A stretch of 64,000 bases of DNA, taken from the IMG/VR virus record IMGVR_UViG_3300042691_050947, one strand, 5' to 3'. The notes beneath the pieces were generated by a model. The model worked only from the letters and a program-made list of their open reading frames with translations. It was not told where the DNA came from and searched no databases. The position numbers were made by a program, and so were the translations under genes. Below are positions 41,119 to 51,193 of this stretch, in pieces; the stretch's first letter is position 1; every line of letters starts with the position of its first letter. The DNA is from a virus.

Positions 41119-43098
41119 ATGAAAGACGTCATGACAAACGGTGGCGCCTTTAGTCACCGAAAATTATCAAACCTATCTGGTGCACCGGAAGATACGAATA
41201 CGTCAATATGGACGACCATTAGAATCAATAAGTTGTTAGATTCTATCGAAAATGATGGATTTGATATTAAAGGTCTTCATAATTCTCCATTTAAAGACAA
41301 TGATATAAACCTAAAAAGAGGTAACCTGCCCTTTGAGTACACGCCAGAAGAAGTTGAAGAACTTAAAAAATGTAAGGCCGACGTCCTCTATTTTGCTACA
41401 AATTATTGTAAGATTCAAACTGGAGACGGAATCATGTTCATTAAAGATACGGAAGGTCTTCGCGATTTTCAAGAACAGATTCTTGAATCATTTAAAGGAA
41501 ATAAATGGAACATCTTAATGGCAAGTCGACAGACTGGTAAATCAGTTACGTCTGCGATCTTTATTCTTTGGTATCTTCTTTTTAAATCAGATAAAACTGC
41601 CCTAATCGTTGCTGACAATTTTACTACGACTCGAGAGCTAATGGACAAGTTTAGGATCTGTTTGGATGGGCTTCCGTTCTTTATGAAACCAGGAATCAAA
41701 CACATCAATTCAGGAAATATTAAATTTGATAATGACAGTCGTATTGTAGGTAGAACGACGACTAAAAAATCAGGTATCGGTCTTACCGTAAACGTCTTGT
41801 ACATCGATGAGTTTGCTCACATTGACGAAGCAAAATTAGATGAATTTTATCGAGCAATCGTACCTACTATCACGGCTGACCCTAACGCAAAAGTAATTAT
41901 TACTTCTACACCAAACGGTAAAAATAAGTTTCATGAAATTTGGATGGATGCGATCGCAGGCAAGAGCGATTATGTTCCTCTTCGAGTCGATTGGTGGCAG
42001 GTTAAGGGTAGAGATGAGGCATGGAAACAATCAGTTATTGCAAACCTAGGTTCAGTTGAAGATTTTAATCAGGAATATGGTCTACAGTTCTTTTCATCAG
42101 ATCAACTTCTTCTAAACTCAAATGAGCTAAAGAGACTTTATAATATAAAAGCAGATTATGTAAACACTCAGTTTGCTTTGTCTGAAGACAAACAATGGAT
42201 CAATGAATGCTTTACCATTCACCCAAATTGGACAAAACGTCTTTATCATGATTATAAAAACGATAAATCAAAGTTTGTATTTTCAATAGATACAGCGGAT
42301 GGGACTGGAGGAGACTACTCAGTTTTAAACATATATAAAGTTGTCTGTTTACCTATTAATGAACTCCTAAAAAAGAAAGAAGCTATTCGAAGCGAAATCG
42401 ACACTACTGCGTTGGTGCAGGTCGCAACATTTAGAACAAATGAGTATGACATAAATGATTTTGCAGCAGGCGTAGAATTCATCACGTATGAATTGTTTAA
42501 TCCTGAAAATGTTCGGATAGTGCTTGAGATGAATCATAAAGGAGAGATAATAAAAAATAGATTAGAAGATAATGATAACTATTGGCCGTCTCAACTAGTT
42601 CATACAAAACACACTGAAATGGCAGTTAATGTCAAACCTGGCTTAAGGTTAGGGCCAACTAATAAAATTAGATATTGTGAAAAATTCAAATATTTCGTTG
42701 AGATTAAAAAGATCATACCGAATGATTTTTTAACAGTAATGGAGCTAATGGCATTCGGTAAGAGCAAAGGAGGAACTTATCGAGGACAAAATGGAAATGA
42801 CGACCTTGCCATGACTTGCGTGAATTTGGCTCCATCTCTAGATTCAAATCAGTTATGGGAACTTTCGATTGAGACATACGAAGCAACTTCACAAGAATAT
42901 AGAAAAGAAGTAGAGGAAAAAATATTTAGTCTATTTAGATCAAATTTGAATAAACCCTCATTTGACTATGATGCATTAAGAGACATGAATGCTCAGTCCG
43001 ACCCTGCTGGAAAAACTTTGGAATCTCGAAAACACGTGTTTGATCTTAAGGCGCTAGATCAAATGCAAAAAATTAAGGACAGATTTTTTAAAAGTTAA
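41119..43098 (+). CDS. terL: Terminase large subunit (T4 gp17-like)
   Basis: LRDFQ adenine motif, Walker A ASRQTGKS, Walker B LYIDEFAH, ITSTPNG, FNQEY, nuclease SIDTADG and NDDLAM. Confidence 0.95.
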   Translation: MKDVMTNGGAFSHRKLSNLSGAPEDTNTSIWTTIRINKLLDSIENDGFDIKGLHNSPFKDNDINLKRGNLPFEYTPEEVEELKKCKADVLYFATNYCKIQTGDGIMFIKDTEGLRDFQEQILESFKGNKWNILMASRQTGKSVTSAIFILWYLLFKSDKTALIVADNFTTTRELMDKFRICLDGLPFFMKPGIKHINSGNIKFDNDSRIVGRTTTKKSGIGLTVNVLYIDEFAHIDEAKLDEFYRAIVPTITADPNAKVIITSTPNGKNKFHEIWMDAIAGKSDYVPLRVDWWQVKGRDEAWKQSVIANLGSVEDFNQEYGLQFFSSDQLLLNSNELKRLYNIKADYVNTQFALSEDKQWINECFTIHPNWTKRLYHDYKNDKSKFVFSIDTADGTGGDYSVLNIYKVVCLPINELLKKKEAIRSEIDTTALVQVATFRTNEYDINDFAAGVEFITYELFNPENVRIVLEMNHKGEIIKNRLEDNDNYWPSQLVHTKHTEMAVNVKPGLRLGPTNKIRYCEKFKYFVEIKKIIPNDFLTVMELMAFGKSKGGTYRGQNGNDDLAMTCVNLAPSLDSNQLWELSIETYEATSQEYRKEVEEKIFSLFRSNLNKPSFDYDALRDMNAQSDPAGKTLESRKHVFDLKALDQMQKIKDRFFKS

Positions 43099-43147
43099 AT
43101 TATTTTTAGTATAATAGTCTAGAAAACATCGTGTAAATCATAAAGTT

Positions 43148-43456
43148 ATGAAAATGCTTAAGTTTGAGGGAGACATTGGATTAGATGAAGTCTTTAATCG
43201 TCACAAAATAGAGATATATGATAATCTTTTACAATCGATTAAAAATCACTACTTGGATGAAAAATATTCTGAGATTACTGTGATCAAGATTTCGATAAAT
43301 GAATCAGAATATACGATTAATTTAACACGGGATAAATTCATAAGTGGATTGGAGGGTGCGATCTCCTTTTATGAATCCCACGAAGAATACGAAAAATGCG
43401 CAGACTGTTTGAAAATAATTAATGCGATTAAAAAAAATAATATTATGGAGATATAA
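43148..43456 (+). CDS. Hypothetical protein with EEYEKCA (UVR-like) helix pair
   Basis: 102-aa ORF; C-terminal motif. Confidence 0.65.
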   Translation: MKMLKFEGDIGLDEVFNRHKIEIYDNLLQSIKNHYLDEKYSEITVIKISINESEYTINLTRDKFISGLEGAISFYESHEEYEKCADCLKIINAIKKNNIMEI

Positions 43457-43460
43457 GATT

Positions 43461-44087
43461 ATGGGGTACGAATCAACTAACGCAAAAATCAATGAGAGAA
43501 TTCAGGAAATATCTGAAAAGTTTCTTAAAAAAGAAAATACTGATCGCGAAAGAAATGAATTAGCGACATTAATTTACCCAAAGCTTAAATATTATATCTG
43601 GAAATTTTGTAAAAACGAATTAGACACGGAAGAGGCTCTACAGTTTACATTAAAAAAGATTTTTAAGAATCTTGCTCAATTTGATTTTGAAAAAGGAAGA
43701 TTTACCACTTGGATCTATACGATTGCCCGTAATGAGACCCTGTTTTATCTGCATCACTTGAAGAAAAACACCCATTACGATATTAATGCGTTGTACACAA
43801 AAATAGATTTCCCAGATAACGTATTAGAGGAAGGCGAGTCCTTTTCTGATATCGATGACATTTATCAAACGACAGTCGACGAAATTTTATTGATTGAGGA
43901 TCCGCTACTTAAAAATATCGCCATCGATAAAATGATAAAAAATAAAAAGGTCAAGCAGATAGCGATCGACTATGAAATAAATGAAAACACTGTAAAGACA
44001 AAACTTCGTAAAATTAGAGCCGATATAAAATTTTCCGTGTTAAGGAAAAACCCTCAATTTGAAGAAAAAATAAAATTCATCCTATGA
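43461..44087 (+). CDS. ECF-type sigma-70 family RNA polymerase sigma factor
   Basis: Start moved to ATG 43461; region 2 [18 protein letters not shown] and region 4 [23 protein letters not shown]. Confidence 0.85.
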   Translation: MGYESTNAKINERIQEISEKFLKKENTDRERNELATLIYPKLKYYIWKFCKNELDTEEALQFTLKKIFKNLAQFDFEKGRFTTWIYTIARNETLFYLHHLKKNTHYDINALYTKIDFPDNVLEEGESFSDIDDIYQTTVDEILLIEDPLLKNIAIDKMIKNKKVKQIAIDYEINENTVKTKLRKIRADIKFSVLRKNPQFEEKIKFIL

Positions 44088-44545
44088 TACTTGAATACCT
44101 TTATCCAGCCCGAGTATACAAAAAATTTTCCACGTGTATTAAAGAATTAGCGAACTATAATAAATTTAAAAAGATAGTTCTTGAGTTAAATGATACTGGT
44201 AAATTGGAAGAGATAGGGCTCAAGATAGATTCTAATTCTAACATGTATATAGGAATCGACCTTAATCCTGAACTTCTCCTCTATTCTGAGACTTCTCAGG
44301 AATCCGTTGAGCTTCGACTTATCTCAGAAAAAATGAATAAGTATAATGACTTCCTAACTAAGGAAGGAATACTTGACTCAATAAAAGTAGATTATGAGAG
44401 AGTCCAAAATGATGAATTTTATGGATACATCTTGCAAATCAGTTTTAGCTTTAAAAAATATAAAAGGTCGGACCTAATCTACTCAATCAGTTACTTTGCT
44501 TCCCTCCTTCTTCTTCCTCTACTAGCAATACTCATGATTCTGTAA
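44084..44545 (+). CDS. Hypothetical protein with C-terminal TM anchor
   Basis: Hydrophobic C terminus. Confidence 0.65.
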   Translation: MILEYLYPARVYKKFSTCIKELANYNKFKKIVLELNDTGKLEEIGLKIDSNSNMYIGIDLNPELLLYSETSQESVELRLISEKMNKYNDFLTKEGILDSIKVDYERVQNDEFYGYILQISFSFKKYKRSDLIYSISYFASLLLLPLLAILMIL

Positions 44546-44569
44546 TAATAAATAAAAAAATAAACTCAC

Positions 44570-44860
44570 ATGAAAAAACTAGAATTTTTTATAAACACTC
44601 ACTATCCTAAGGTTCTTTTAATCCTAGGAATATTAATCTTTTTCAATACTTGTGGAAACCCTACTAAGTCTTTAAATAAAAAGATCGATACGTTATCCCA
44701 AAAGATAGATTCCCTAGAATCGATCACAGTAACTCGAAAAGAATTAAAAATTGAGGGTTTAAAATCAGAAAAAAGAATGATTCAGTCAACTGATCGTAAA
44801 TTAATTGATGTGAACAGACAGTCCGAAATAGACAAGGAGATCTCTGTTCTAGAAAAATAA
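44570..44860 (+). CDS. Small membrane-anchored/lipoprotein-like coiled-coil protein
   Basis: Hydrophobic stretch ending FNTCG followed by a heptad-rich segment. Confidence 0.55.
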   Translation: MKKLEFFINTHYPKVLLILGILIFFNTCGNPTKSLNKKIDTLSQKIDSLESITVTRKELKIEGLKSEKRMIQSTDRKLIDVNRQSEIDKEISVLEK

Positions 44861-44869
44861 TCGAACTCA

Positions 44870-45700
44870 ATGATTTCTTGGATAAACAAAAACAAAGAAT
44901 CAATAATTAGGGCTGCGTTCCTAGTACCGATTCTTTCAGTCGCAATAATTTCCATTTCCCATGTCGTTAAATGGTATGATTTAGGAAACCCAATAAGCTG
45001 GGCAATATATCTTTCAATCGCAATAGAAGTAGCTGCACTGTCCTCAATTGCAGCATCATCGGTTAGGGTTAAAGGATTCTCAGTTTGGCTAGTCTTTATA
45101 ATAGTCACACTAGTTCAATTCATAGGTAACATCTATTTTAGCTATACTGAAATTGACGTTACGTCAAAGGCATTTAAGGATTGGGCAGAACTGACCCTTC
45201 CAGTATTTGAAGCATTTAGCGATACTTCTGATCTGATTTCACAAAGAAGATTGCTTGCCTTGCTTGAGGGAGGTCTTCTTCCCATAATTTCCCTAACGTG
45301 TCTTCACTTCTTTATTAAGTATGGAGACCGTGATTTTGAACAGCCTGCTGTGTATACAGAAGAGGACAATGCTCAAGATTCACAAGAAAAAATAGAAGAA
45401 TCCGAAAAATCCCATTTGCAAAAAGAAGCGGATAGGGTTTGGGAGAAAGTTGCTGAACTCAAGGAAAAAGGTATATTTACTGAACCTACTGAAGAAGAAA
45501 AAAAGGACGAACCCACGGCATTGGCTAATTCTAAGTATCGATTAGAGGAGACTGATGACCTTCCGCCGATCGACGAGACAGTCCAATTTACACCAAGTCA
45601 AGAGGATAACTTAGAAAAAAAGACCCCGACTAACGTAAAATCCGGAGTGTCTTTAACTAAATTACCATTATCGAATATCAATAAATTAAGACGTCAGTAA
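44870..45700 (+). CDS. Multi-pass membrane protein with acidic C-terminal tail
   Basis: About four hydrophobic helices followed by a charged low-complexity tail. Confidence 0.65.
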   Translation: MISWINKNKESIIRAAFLVPILSVAIISISHVVKWYDLGNPISWAIYLSIAIEVAALSSIAASSVRVKGFSVWLVFIIVTLVQFIGNIYFSYTEIDVTSKAFKDWAELTLPVFEAFSDTSDLISQRRLLALLEGGLLPIISLTCLHFFIKYGDRDFEQPAVYTEEDNAQDSQEKIEESEKSHLQKEADRVWEKVAELKEKGIFTEPTEEEKKDEPTALANSKYRLEETDDLPPIDETVQFTPSQEDNLEKKTPTNVKSGVSLTKLPLSNINKLRRQ

Positions 45701-45725
45701 AATAAATAATAAAAAATACTGGCCA

Positions 45726-46262
45726 ATGATACCTAATTTAAACGAGATATGCGACTGTTGTGGCGGCTATGAAAACCAGCCGATTCTTCAACTGTTTGAT
45801 AATAAATGTTTTGGTATCGTTGATGGAAAGGAGATAACTGAAGATTTTTGTCTAAAAGATTTTGCATTTCCAACGGACGGCTACTCCTGTATTGGCATAA
45901 CGGTTAAAGAAGGAGGAGTAAGTTCAGAAGAAATCACACTATTTGACAATGACTTACCTGTTCCATTAGCAATATTAGAAAGCGGTAAGCCGTATGTTAG
46001 AGGAATTTTAGTAAAAGTAACATATCCAACGAATGATCTAAATTCAGAAGAAATACCTATTTCTGATAAGAATGTGACTTTGTATATTACACAATATAAT
46101 GGAGACATGACATTCTATCCAATGTACAATTTCTTTTCCATCTTTACTAATCCTAAATCAAACGATCCGACTCAAATAATAAATAAAATAGTACTAGGTA
46201 ACACAAATACTAACTATCCAATTAGAGTGTCTGCATTGATTTTATTTGGAAACGCATTATAA
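45726..46262 (+). CDS. Hypothetical (probable structural) protein
   Basis: 178 aa; ATAAATA at 45702. Confidence 0.6.
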   Translation: MIPNLNEICDCCGGYENQPILQLFDNKCFGIVDGKEITEDFCLKDFAFPTDGYSCIGITVKEGGVSSEEITLFDNDLPVPLAILESGKPYVRGILVKVTYPTNDLNSEEIPISDKNVTLYITQYNGDMTFYPMYNFFSIFTNPKSNDPTQIINKIVLGNTNTNYPIRVSALILFGNAL

Positions 46263-46276
46263 AAAACATTAAAGAA

Positions 46277-46681
46277 ATGATTAATTACGCAACTGAAATA
46301 ATTAACCTTACTGCTGGAATAAATTATGAACCTACGTTTATTCCAACAGATCGTCGAAGATCTGCGACCGAGACAACTTCATTAGGGTATTATCAGATCG
46401 GTGAACTTGCTCAATATGGAAATGCGAAGGGACCCATCTTTAAAGTAGAGTTTGCAGACCTAAGCTCACTAGCAACTGCAACTCAAGTTAAGATTTGGGG
46501 CTTAGATAACGATGATCTTAATGCTCCAATATATCCGGTTACCTATCTTCAAACATGGAGACCAGTAATCGATGTATATTTAAAAAAATTCGTTTTCTTA
46601 GATGTTTTAGGAGATGAAGTCGAGGAGACTGGATACTCTGTTATTGGATATAAGAAACGTGCAATACCTACCGTATACTAA
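46277..46681 (+). CDS. Hypothetical protein
   Basis: 134-aa ORF in operon. Confidence 0.6.
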   Translation: MINYATEIINLTAGINYEPTFIPTDRRRSATETTSLGYYQIGELAQYGNAKGPIFKVEFADLSSLATATQVKIWGLDNDDLNAPIYPVTYLQTWRPVIDVYLKKFVFLDVLGDEVEETGYSVIGYKKRAIPTVY

Positions 46682-47139
46682 TGGAAAGAATTGATGAATT
46701 TAATGCTTCTTCAAACGGTCACTTAATGCAGGGCTTGCCCTTCTATGGAACTAAGGGAGACTTTAACTTTACTACAGGAAGAAGCCAATTTACTCCTGGA
46801 GTATCCGTTAGCCAGCGTCCTCTTGCTGACATGTCTGTTAAGGGTGATCCTGGGCTATCCCCATTTGATTTACAAATAAGTAAGTTAAGATTCTACTTTA
46901 AACCCGGAGATAGGGTCAGAGGAACCATTGTAAACTCACAAATAGATTCTGAAAACGGAAAGGTAATGGTAGGAAAGCTTTATAAGATAGTTCCCGACTA
47001 TGCTAACAATACGATTCGAGCATGGATAAAAAATCCTTCTACTCTAGAGTCTACTGAGATCTACATCGATACTATCGAGAGAATCTATGAAAGTTCAACA
47101 CGACGAGCTCTTTCTTTCTCCCAATTCATTAATTCATAA
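46681..47139 (+). CDS. Hypothetical protein with SH3/KOW-like segment and C-terminal LSFSQFINS tag
   Basis: FKPGDRVRG motif; C-terminal tag. Confidence 0.6.
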   Translation: MERIDEFNASSNGHLMQGLPFYGTKGDFNFTTGRSQFTPGVSVSQRPLADMSVKGDPGLSPFDLQISKLRFYFKPGDRVRGTIVNSQIDSENGKVMVGKLYKIVPDYANNTIRAWIKNPSTLESTEIYIDTIERIYESSTRRALSFSQFINS

Positions 47140-47204
47140 CGTAAACTTAGATCTGTTAGAACCAATCAGTTATTTTTGTATATAAAATAAAAAAACTATT
47201 TTAT

Positions 47205-48197
47205 ATGCTTTCAAATGGGATTGATGAAGAAGAAGCTGCTCGTTTTCTTGAAGAGCAGGATCGCTTACATGGAATAAACACGATTAAAGTCGATGAGGTT
47301 GCACCTGAGCCTGAACAAAAGAGCTTAGGCCAAATAAAAGGATATTCTGAACCTCCTGAAATGTCAGCTGCCGCTGAGTCTTCTTGGAAATTATTGGATC
47401 TACGATCACTTCCTTCACAAGGGTTATTCTACCCGGCAGGCACCGAATTATTATTAAGATCGGCAAAGACTAGAGAGATTCGACACTGGTCAACGATTGA
47501 TGAAAATGATCCGCTTGATGTTCGGGAAAAAATAAATTTCGTACTAAATGCATGTACCAAAATTAAAGTTTTAGGAGGAAGACCGCTAAACTTCAATGAT
47601 TTTTTAGAAATAGATCGATATCACATACTTTTTAGAATATATGAGCTTACTTTTCCAAATCAAGAAAATAAGCTTTGGGCAAACATAAAATGTGAAAATG
47701 ATGCTCACGTAAATAGAACACAGGTCTTGAGCAATAATTTAAAAGGGTTTGAATATCCAAACGAATTAATGAAATGGTATTCAGAAGAAGATCGGTGCTT
47801 TAAAATAGTTTCTGAAAAGCTAAATGAGACCTTCTATCTTTACTTGCCCACGATAGGAGTTGAAAACAAGTTCAGGACAAAAAGACAAGACGATATTAAT
47901 AGGGGAATGGAAATAGACGAGGCCTTTTATGAGTTTGGTCCGTATTTAATTGGTGATTGGCGACCGGTAAATTCAAGCTATCTTACTGATCTTAAGTTTA
48001 GTTCAGCAAATTGGCCAGATAATAAGTTTATCTTTATCCATAAGTTCACAAAGCAGCTGAAGGAGGCAAGCCTAAATAAGGTGTTAAGCGTTTGTGAAAA
48101 ATGTAAAAACGTCACGGAGAGCCACATTTTTTTGGAAGGAAGCTTCACTGTCAAAGATATTTTCATTATTTCAGTTAGACTTGATGAACTTATTTAA
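47205..48197 (+). CDS. Baseplate hub assembly protein (T4 gp26-like)
   Basis: LPSQGLFYP, LLRSAKTRE, DRYHILFRIYELTF and terminal CEKC motifs. Confidence 0.65.
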   Translation: MLSNGIDEEEAARFLEEQDRLHGINTIKVDEVAPEPEQKSLGQIKGYSEPPEMSAAAESSWKLLDLRSLPSQGLFYPAGTELLLRSAKTREIRHWSTIDENDPLDVREKINFVLNACTKIKVLGGRPLNFNDFLEIDRYHILFRIYELTFPNQENKLWANIKCENDAHVNRTQVLSNNLKGFEYPNELMKWYSEEDRCFKIVSEKLNETFYLYLPTIGVENKFRTKRQDDINRGMEIDEAFYEFGPYLIGDWRPVNSSYLTDLKFSSANWPDNKFIFIHKFTKQLKEASLNKVLSVCEKCKNVTESHIFLEGSFTVKDIFIISVRLDELI

Positions 48198-48399
48198 GCT
48201 TAATAAAGACTTGGCAGTGAAGCTTAACCAATCATTTGATACTTTATATGAACTTGAATACATGGAGTATTCTTTACTATTAAACATTGTGAATGAAGAA
48301 ATAGAAAAGAATAATAGCCAAGAAGACGTCTTCGGCGGTGCTATTAGCCAGGATCAGCCAGTAAGAGTCAATCTTCCGGATCACTTAAAAATTAAATAA
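48184..48399 (+). CDS. Small gp51-like hub assembly / tail chaperone protein
   Basis: ATG 48184; LYELEYMEYSLLLNIVNEEIE resembles the gp51-like small chaperone pattern; follows the gp26-like gene. Confidence 0.5.
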   Translation: MNLFKLNKDLAVKLNQSFDTLYELEYMEYSLLLNIVNEEIEKNNSQEDVFGGAISQDQPVRVNLPDHLKIK

Positions 48400-48419
48400 A
48401 TAATAAAAAATTCTAAATT

Positions 48420-50162
48420 TTGAGCGTTGAGCTATATGTAAAACAGGCTACTCAAGGAATTCAAAAAAAGATACAGGAAAACCTTGAATATGCAAAGGCG
48501 AATCCTTATCCTTCTGATGAACTCAAGACTGCATTCAAAATACTTGGGCCAGATTCTATTCTTAGTGGGATTTATTCGCTTAGCGGTCAACTACGCGATC
48601 CGAGGGGTCTCCTGTCCGATGAAATTAAAGCGGCTAAAGCGGAAGTCGCTAAGGTTGAAGGAGTTAACCTTGAAGAAGAAGGCAAACGTAAAGACAAGGG
48701 TAAATACAAAGTTGTTGGGCCGGATCTATGGAAAAGATTACAAAACGGTCAGCTTGGCATCGACAAAAAGGACGCTGCTGAAAATTATTTACCTAATATC
48801 AATCCTGAGGAGGAGATACGCGCAGCCTATCAAAAGTTTTATTCAACTGTTTCATCACTTCAATCAAGTGATCCAAAAATCACAGTAGATCAATTTTTCA
48901 GCATACCGGATGAGCTATTTGTAGATAGGTTAAAAACGATCTATGGAATCGATCTTTCTCTAAATTCTTTTGGAGCAGATGGATTAGTAAAGGCCGCATT
49001 TGCATCTCTTTTTACTGGAAGAAAAAATGAACCTATTTCTTCCACAATCAACGAAAAACCAAAGACTGAATCTACTGAGAATAAGCCTCAAACCTCAGTT
49101 AAGTCCAACGTAGCGATCAATGAAAAACCGCAAGTTGAGTCCAATACTGTTAAACCACAGACTTCCGTTAAATCAGAAGGTACAATCAACGAAAAAACAA
49201 ACACTAACGTTGAATCTACTGGTGTTACTAGCTCAGAAGGGTCGATGACATCAAAGCCGGCTGAGGTGATGGAAGAAAAACCAAAACCTGAGGAAAGCCG
49301 GAGTACTGCAATCAACATAAACCTTGAAAATAAGGAGACCGCTCCGGTAAAAACCGAGACTCCTCTAGGATCGACATCAGTGACGACAAACGTTGTAAAT
49401 CAGCCAACGTCGACTGCAACTACCGTAAACACGACATCCTCATCAGTTTCTGAAGGGTCAAACCAATCCAATTCAACTACCGTAAATAACGAACCGTTTA
49501 AGTTAAAATCACAGAAAAAGAAGGTTCTGGATATGGAAATAAACTCTGAGTCTAAAAAACCAAAGGGTTTCTTTGCAACGGTTGGAAAATTCGCAAAAGA
49601 CGTAGGTTCAGCATTAAATCTGCCGTCAGTTTCAGAACTAGGAGAGCAAGCTAGAGGATTTTTTGGAGCAACCGGCGCAAACGTTTCTTCTAGATTCTCT
49701 GAAATAAAGGAATCCTTTTCTGAAAAAGAATCAAGGTCTTCTTCCGTAAATGAAAGTTCATCATCTTCTAACACAAATGCTGCATCTTCAGAAAGCTCAG
49801 TTAATAAAGAAGAGAAGGCAACTACTCTTAAGGTAGAGCAAGGAAAACCTCTAGTCTTTAGTGAGCCTAATCCGTCGAGTCAAACGTCGCAAACTAACGT
49901 AAATACTTCTTCTTCAAATGTTTCAAATCCTGCTTCTTCTCAGAGTTCATCAAACTCTTCTAACATGGCCTCAAATTCATCAACTGTCAATAACCAATCA
50001 CAAAACAATAATACTTCCCAGAATGTTCAAAATCAATCTATGCAACCTCAAAATAATCCCGGAGCAATAGTTAACGTCGACCTAACTCAATTAGCGCAGT
50101 CCATTGCTAGGGTAGAAAAAATACTGGTAAGCGGAATCGAAGTAACAATAAAAGAAACATAA
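48420..50162 (+). CDS. Low-complexity Ser/Thr/Asn-rich protein, candidate tape-measure/hub (gp29-like) protein
   Basis: 580 aa, TTG start, follows the gp26/gp51-like genes; internal 21-aa repeats. Confidence 0.45.
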   Translation: MSVELYVKQATQGIQKKIQENLEYAKANPYPSDELKTAFKILGPDSILSGIYSLSGQLRDPRGLLSDEIKAAKAEVAKVEGVNLEEEGKRKDKGKYKVVGPDLWKRLQNGQLGIDKKDAAENYLPNINPEEEIRAAYQKFYSTVSSLQSSDPKITVDQFFSIPDELFVDRLKTIYGIDLSLNSFGADGLVKAAFASLFTGRKNEPISSTINEKPKTESTENKPQTSVKSNVAINEKPQVESNTVKPQTSVKSEGTINEKTNTNVESTGVTSSEGSMTSKPAEVMEEKPKPEESRSTAININLENKETAPVKTETPLGSTSVTTNVVNQPTSTATTVNTTSSSVSEGSNQSNSTTVNNEPFKLKSQKKKVLDMEINSESKKPKGFFATVGKFAKDVGSALNLPSVSELGEQARGFFGATGANVSSRFSEIKESFSEKESRSSSVNESSSSSNTNAASSESSVNKEEKATTLKVEQGKPLVFSEPNPSSQTSQTNVNTSSSNVSNPASSQSSSNSSNMASNSSTVNNQSQNNNTSQNVQNQSMQPQNNPGAIVNVDLTQLAQSIARVEKILVSGIEVTIKET

Positions 50163-50164
50163 AT

Positions 50165-50404
50165 ATGGAAAAACAATTAAAGGATCAATTACACAATTTA
50201 TATTTAACCTATACTGCAATCAGTCAGCAATTCAATAGAATTGAGACTGAAGCTGCTAGATTAGAGGAAGAACGTAAGGCTGTGAGTACGATACTTCATG
50301 ATACTCGAGAACAGGAAAAAAATGTAATAAATAAATTAGAAGAAATATTAGATAGGAAATTAAATCCAAACGATATACTTGAAATAATTAAACAGTATGA
50401 ATGA
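50165..50404 (+). CDS. Small coiled-coil protein
   Basis: 79-aa helical ORF. Confidence 0.6.
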   Translation: MEKQLKDQLHNLYLTYTAISQQFNRIETEAARLEEERKAVSTILHDTREQEKNVINKLEEILDRKLNPNDILEIIKQYE

Positions 50405-51191
50405 AATTAAGGATTTTGCAAGCAAGGCATTTAATGTGATATTGTTGCTCATAATTCTATTATTAAGTCTTAAGAATTGTCAGTTTCAAAATAGTGCCAT
50501 GAGCGAAATCGAGGACCTTCGAAGATCAATAATTGATTCAGATAAATTAAAGAAGGAGGCAGACGGTCAGTATGCTAAGCTCGTTGATTATTATAATAGT
50601 CAGCGAGACTTAATGAATGATCTTAAAAAATCAAATAGATCTCTTTATGAGACTATCAAACAGCAGGACGAGCGACTATTGAGCATAACTAGTGCGGTCA
50701 TTACGTTAGATGAAAGAGTAGTACAGGGATTTGCAAAAGTTGACCCAGCAGATACGAATAACCTTAACCTTTCCTTAAAGTATCCGGATGAGAAGGACCC
50801 ATTCGTTTTTTGGGACGGATTCGTAAACAAGCATACTGCCGCTTATCAGGGAAAATTCTCTTTCGGTAAACTTCCTATTCAAGTAGTATTGACTGAAGAG
50901 TCGAGAGGTCTATGGAAAAGTAGGATAATCGGCCCGACCTGGTTAAAAGTTGACTCAATGTCAATTGAGAGCCTGCCGCCAGATTCGTACCCGATAGTTA
51001 AAGCAAAAAACATACAGTGGCTATTTGGCGGTTCATACATTCAGGGATTAAATTCTAATGGAAACGGAATAGGCATAAACTTAGGTTTAAACTTATATGA
51101 TCGACACAATATATTAGTTGGAGCTAACACTCTAAATCAAGTAAGTGTCGGTTACCTGTATAAAATTAAGTCATTCAAAAGAAATAAGTAA
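50397..51191 (+). CDS. N-terminally anchored coiled-coil protein (spanin-like architecture)
   Basis: TM helix ending LKNC, coiled coil, and amphipathic beta-strand C terminus. Confidence 0.5.
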   Translation: MNEIKDFASKAFNVILLLIILLLSLKNCQFQNSAMSEIEDLRRSIIDSDKLKKEADGQYAKLVDYYNSQRDLMNDLKKSNRSLYETIKQQDERLLSITSAVITLDERVVQGFAKVDPADTNNLNLSLKYPDEKDPFVFWDGFVNKHTAAYQGKFSFGKLPIQVVLTEESRGLWKSRIIGPTWLKVDSMSIESLPPDSYPIVKAKNIQWLFGGSYIQGLNSNGNGIGINLGLNLYDRHNILVGANTLNQVSVGYLYKIKSFKRNK

Positions 51192-51193
51192 TA

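Noticed and set aside
41119-43098. Intron or intein in the terminase
   Set aside because: Continuous 659-aa ORF with motifs at normal spacing; no splicing or homing-endonuclease motifs seen.
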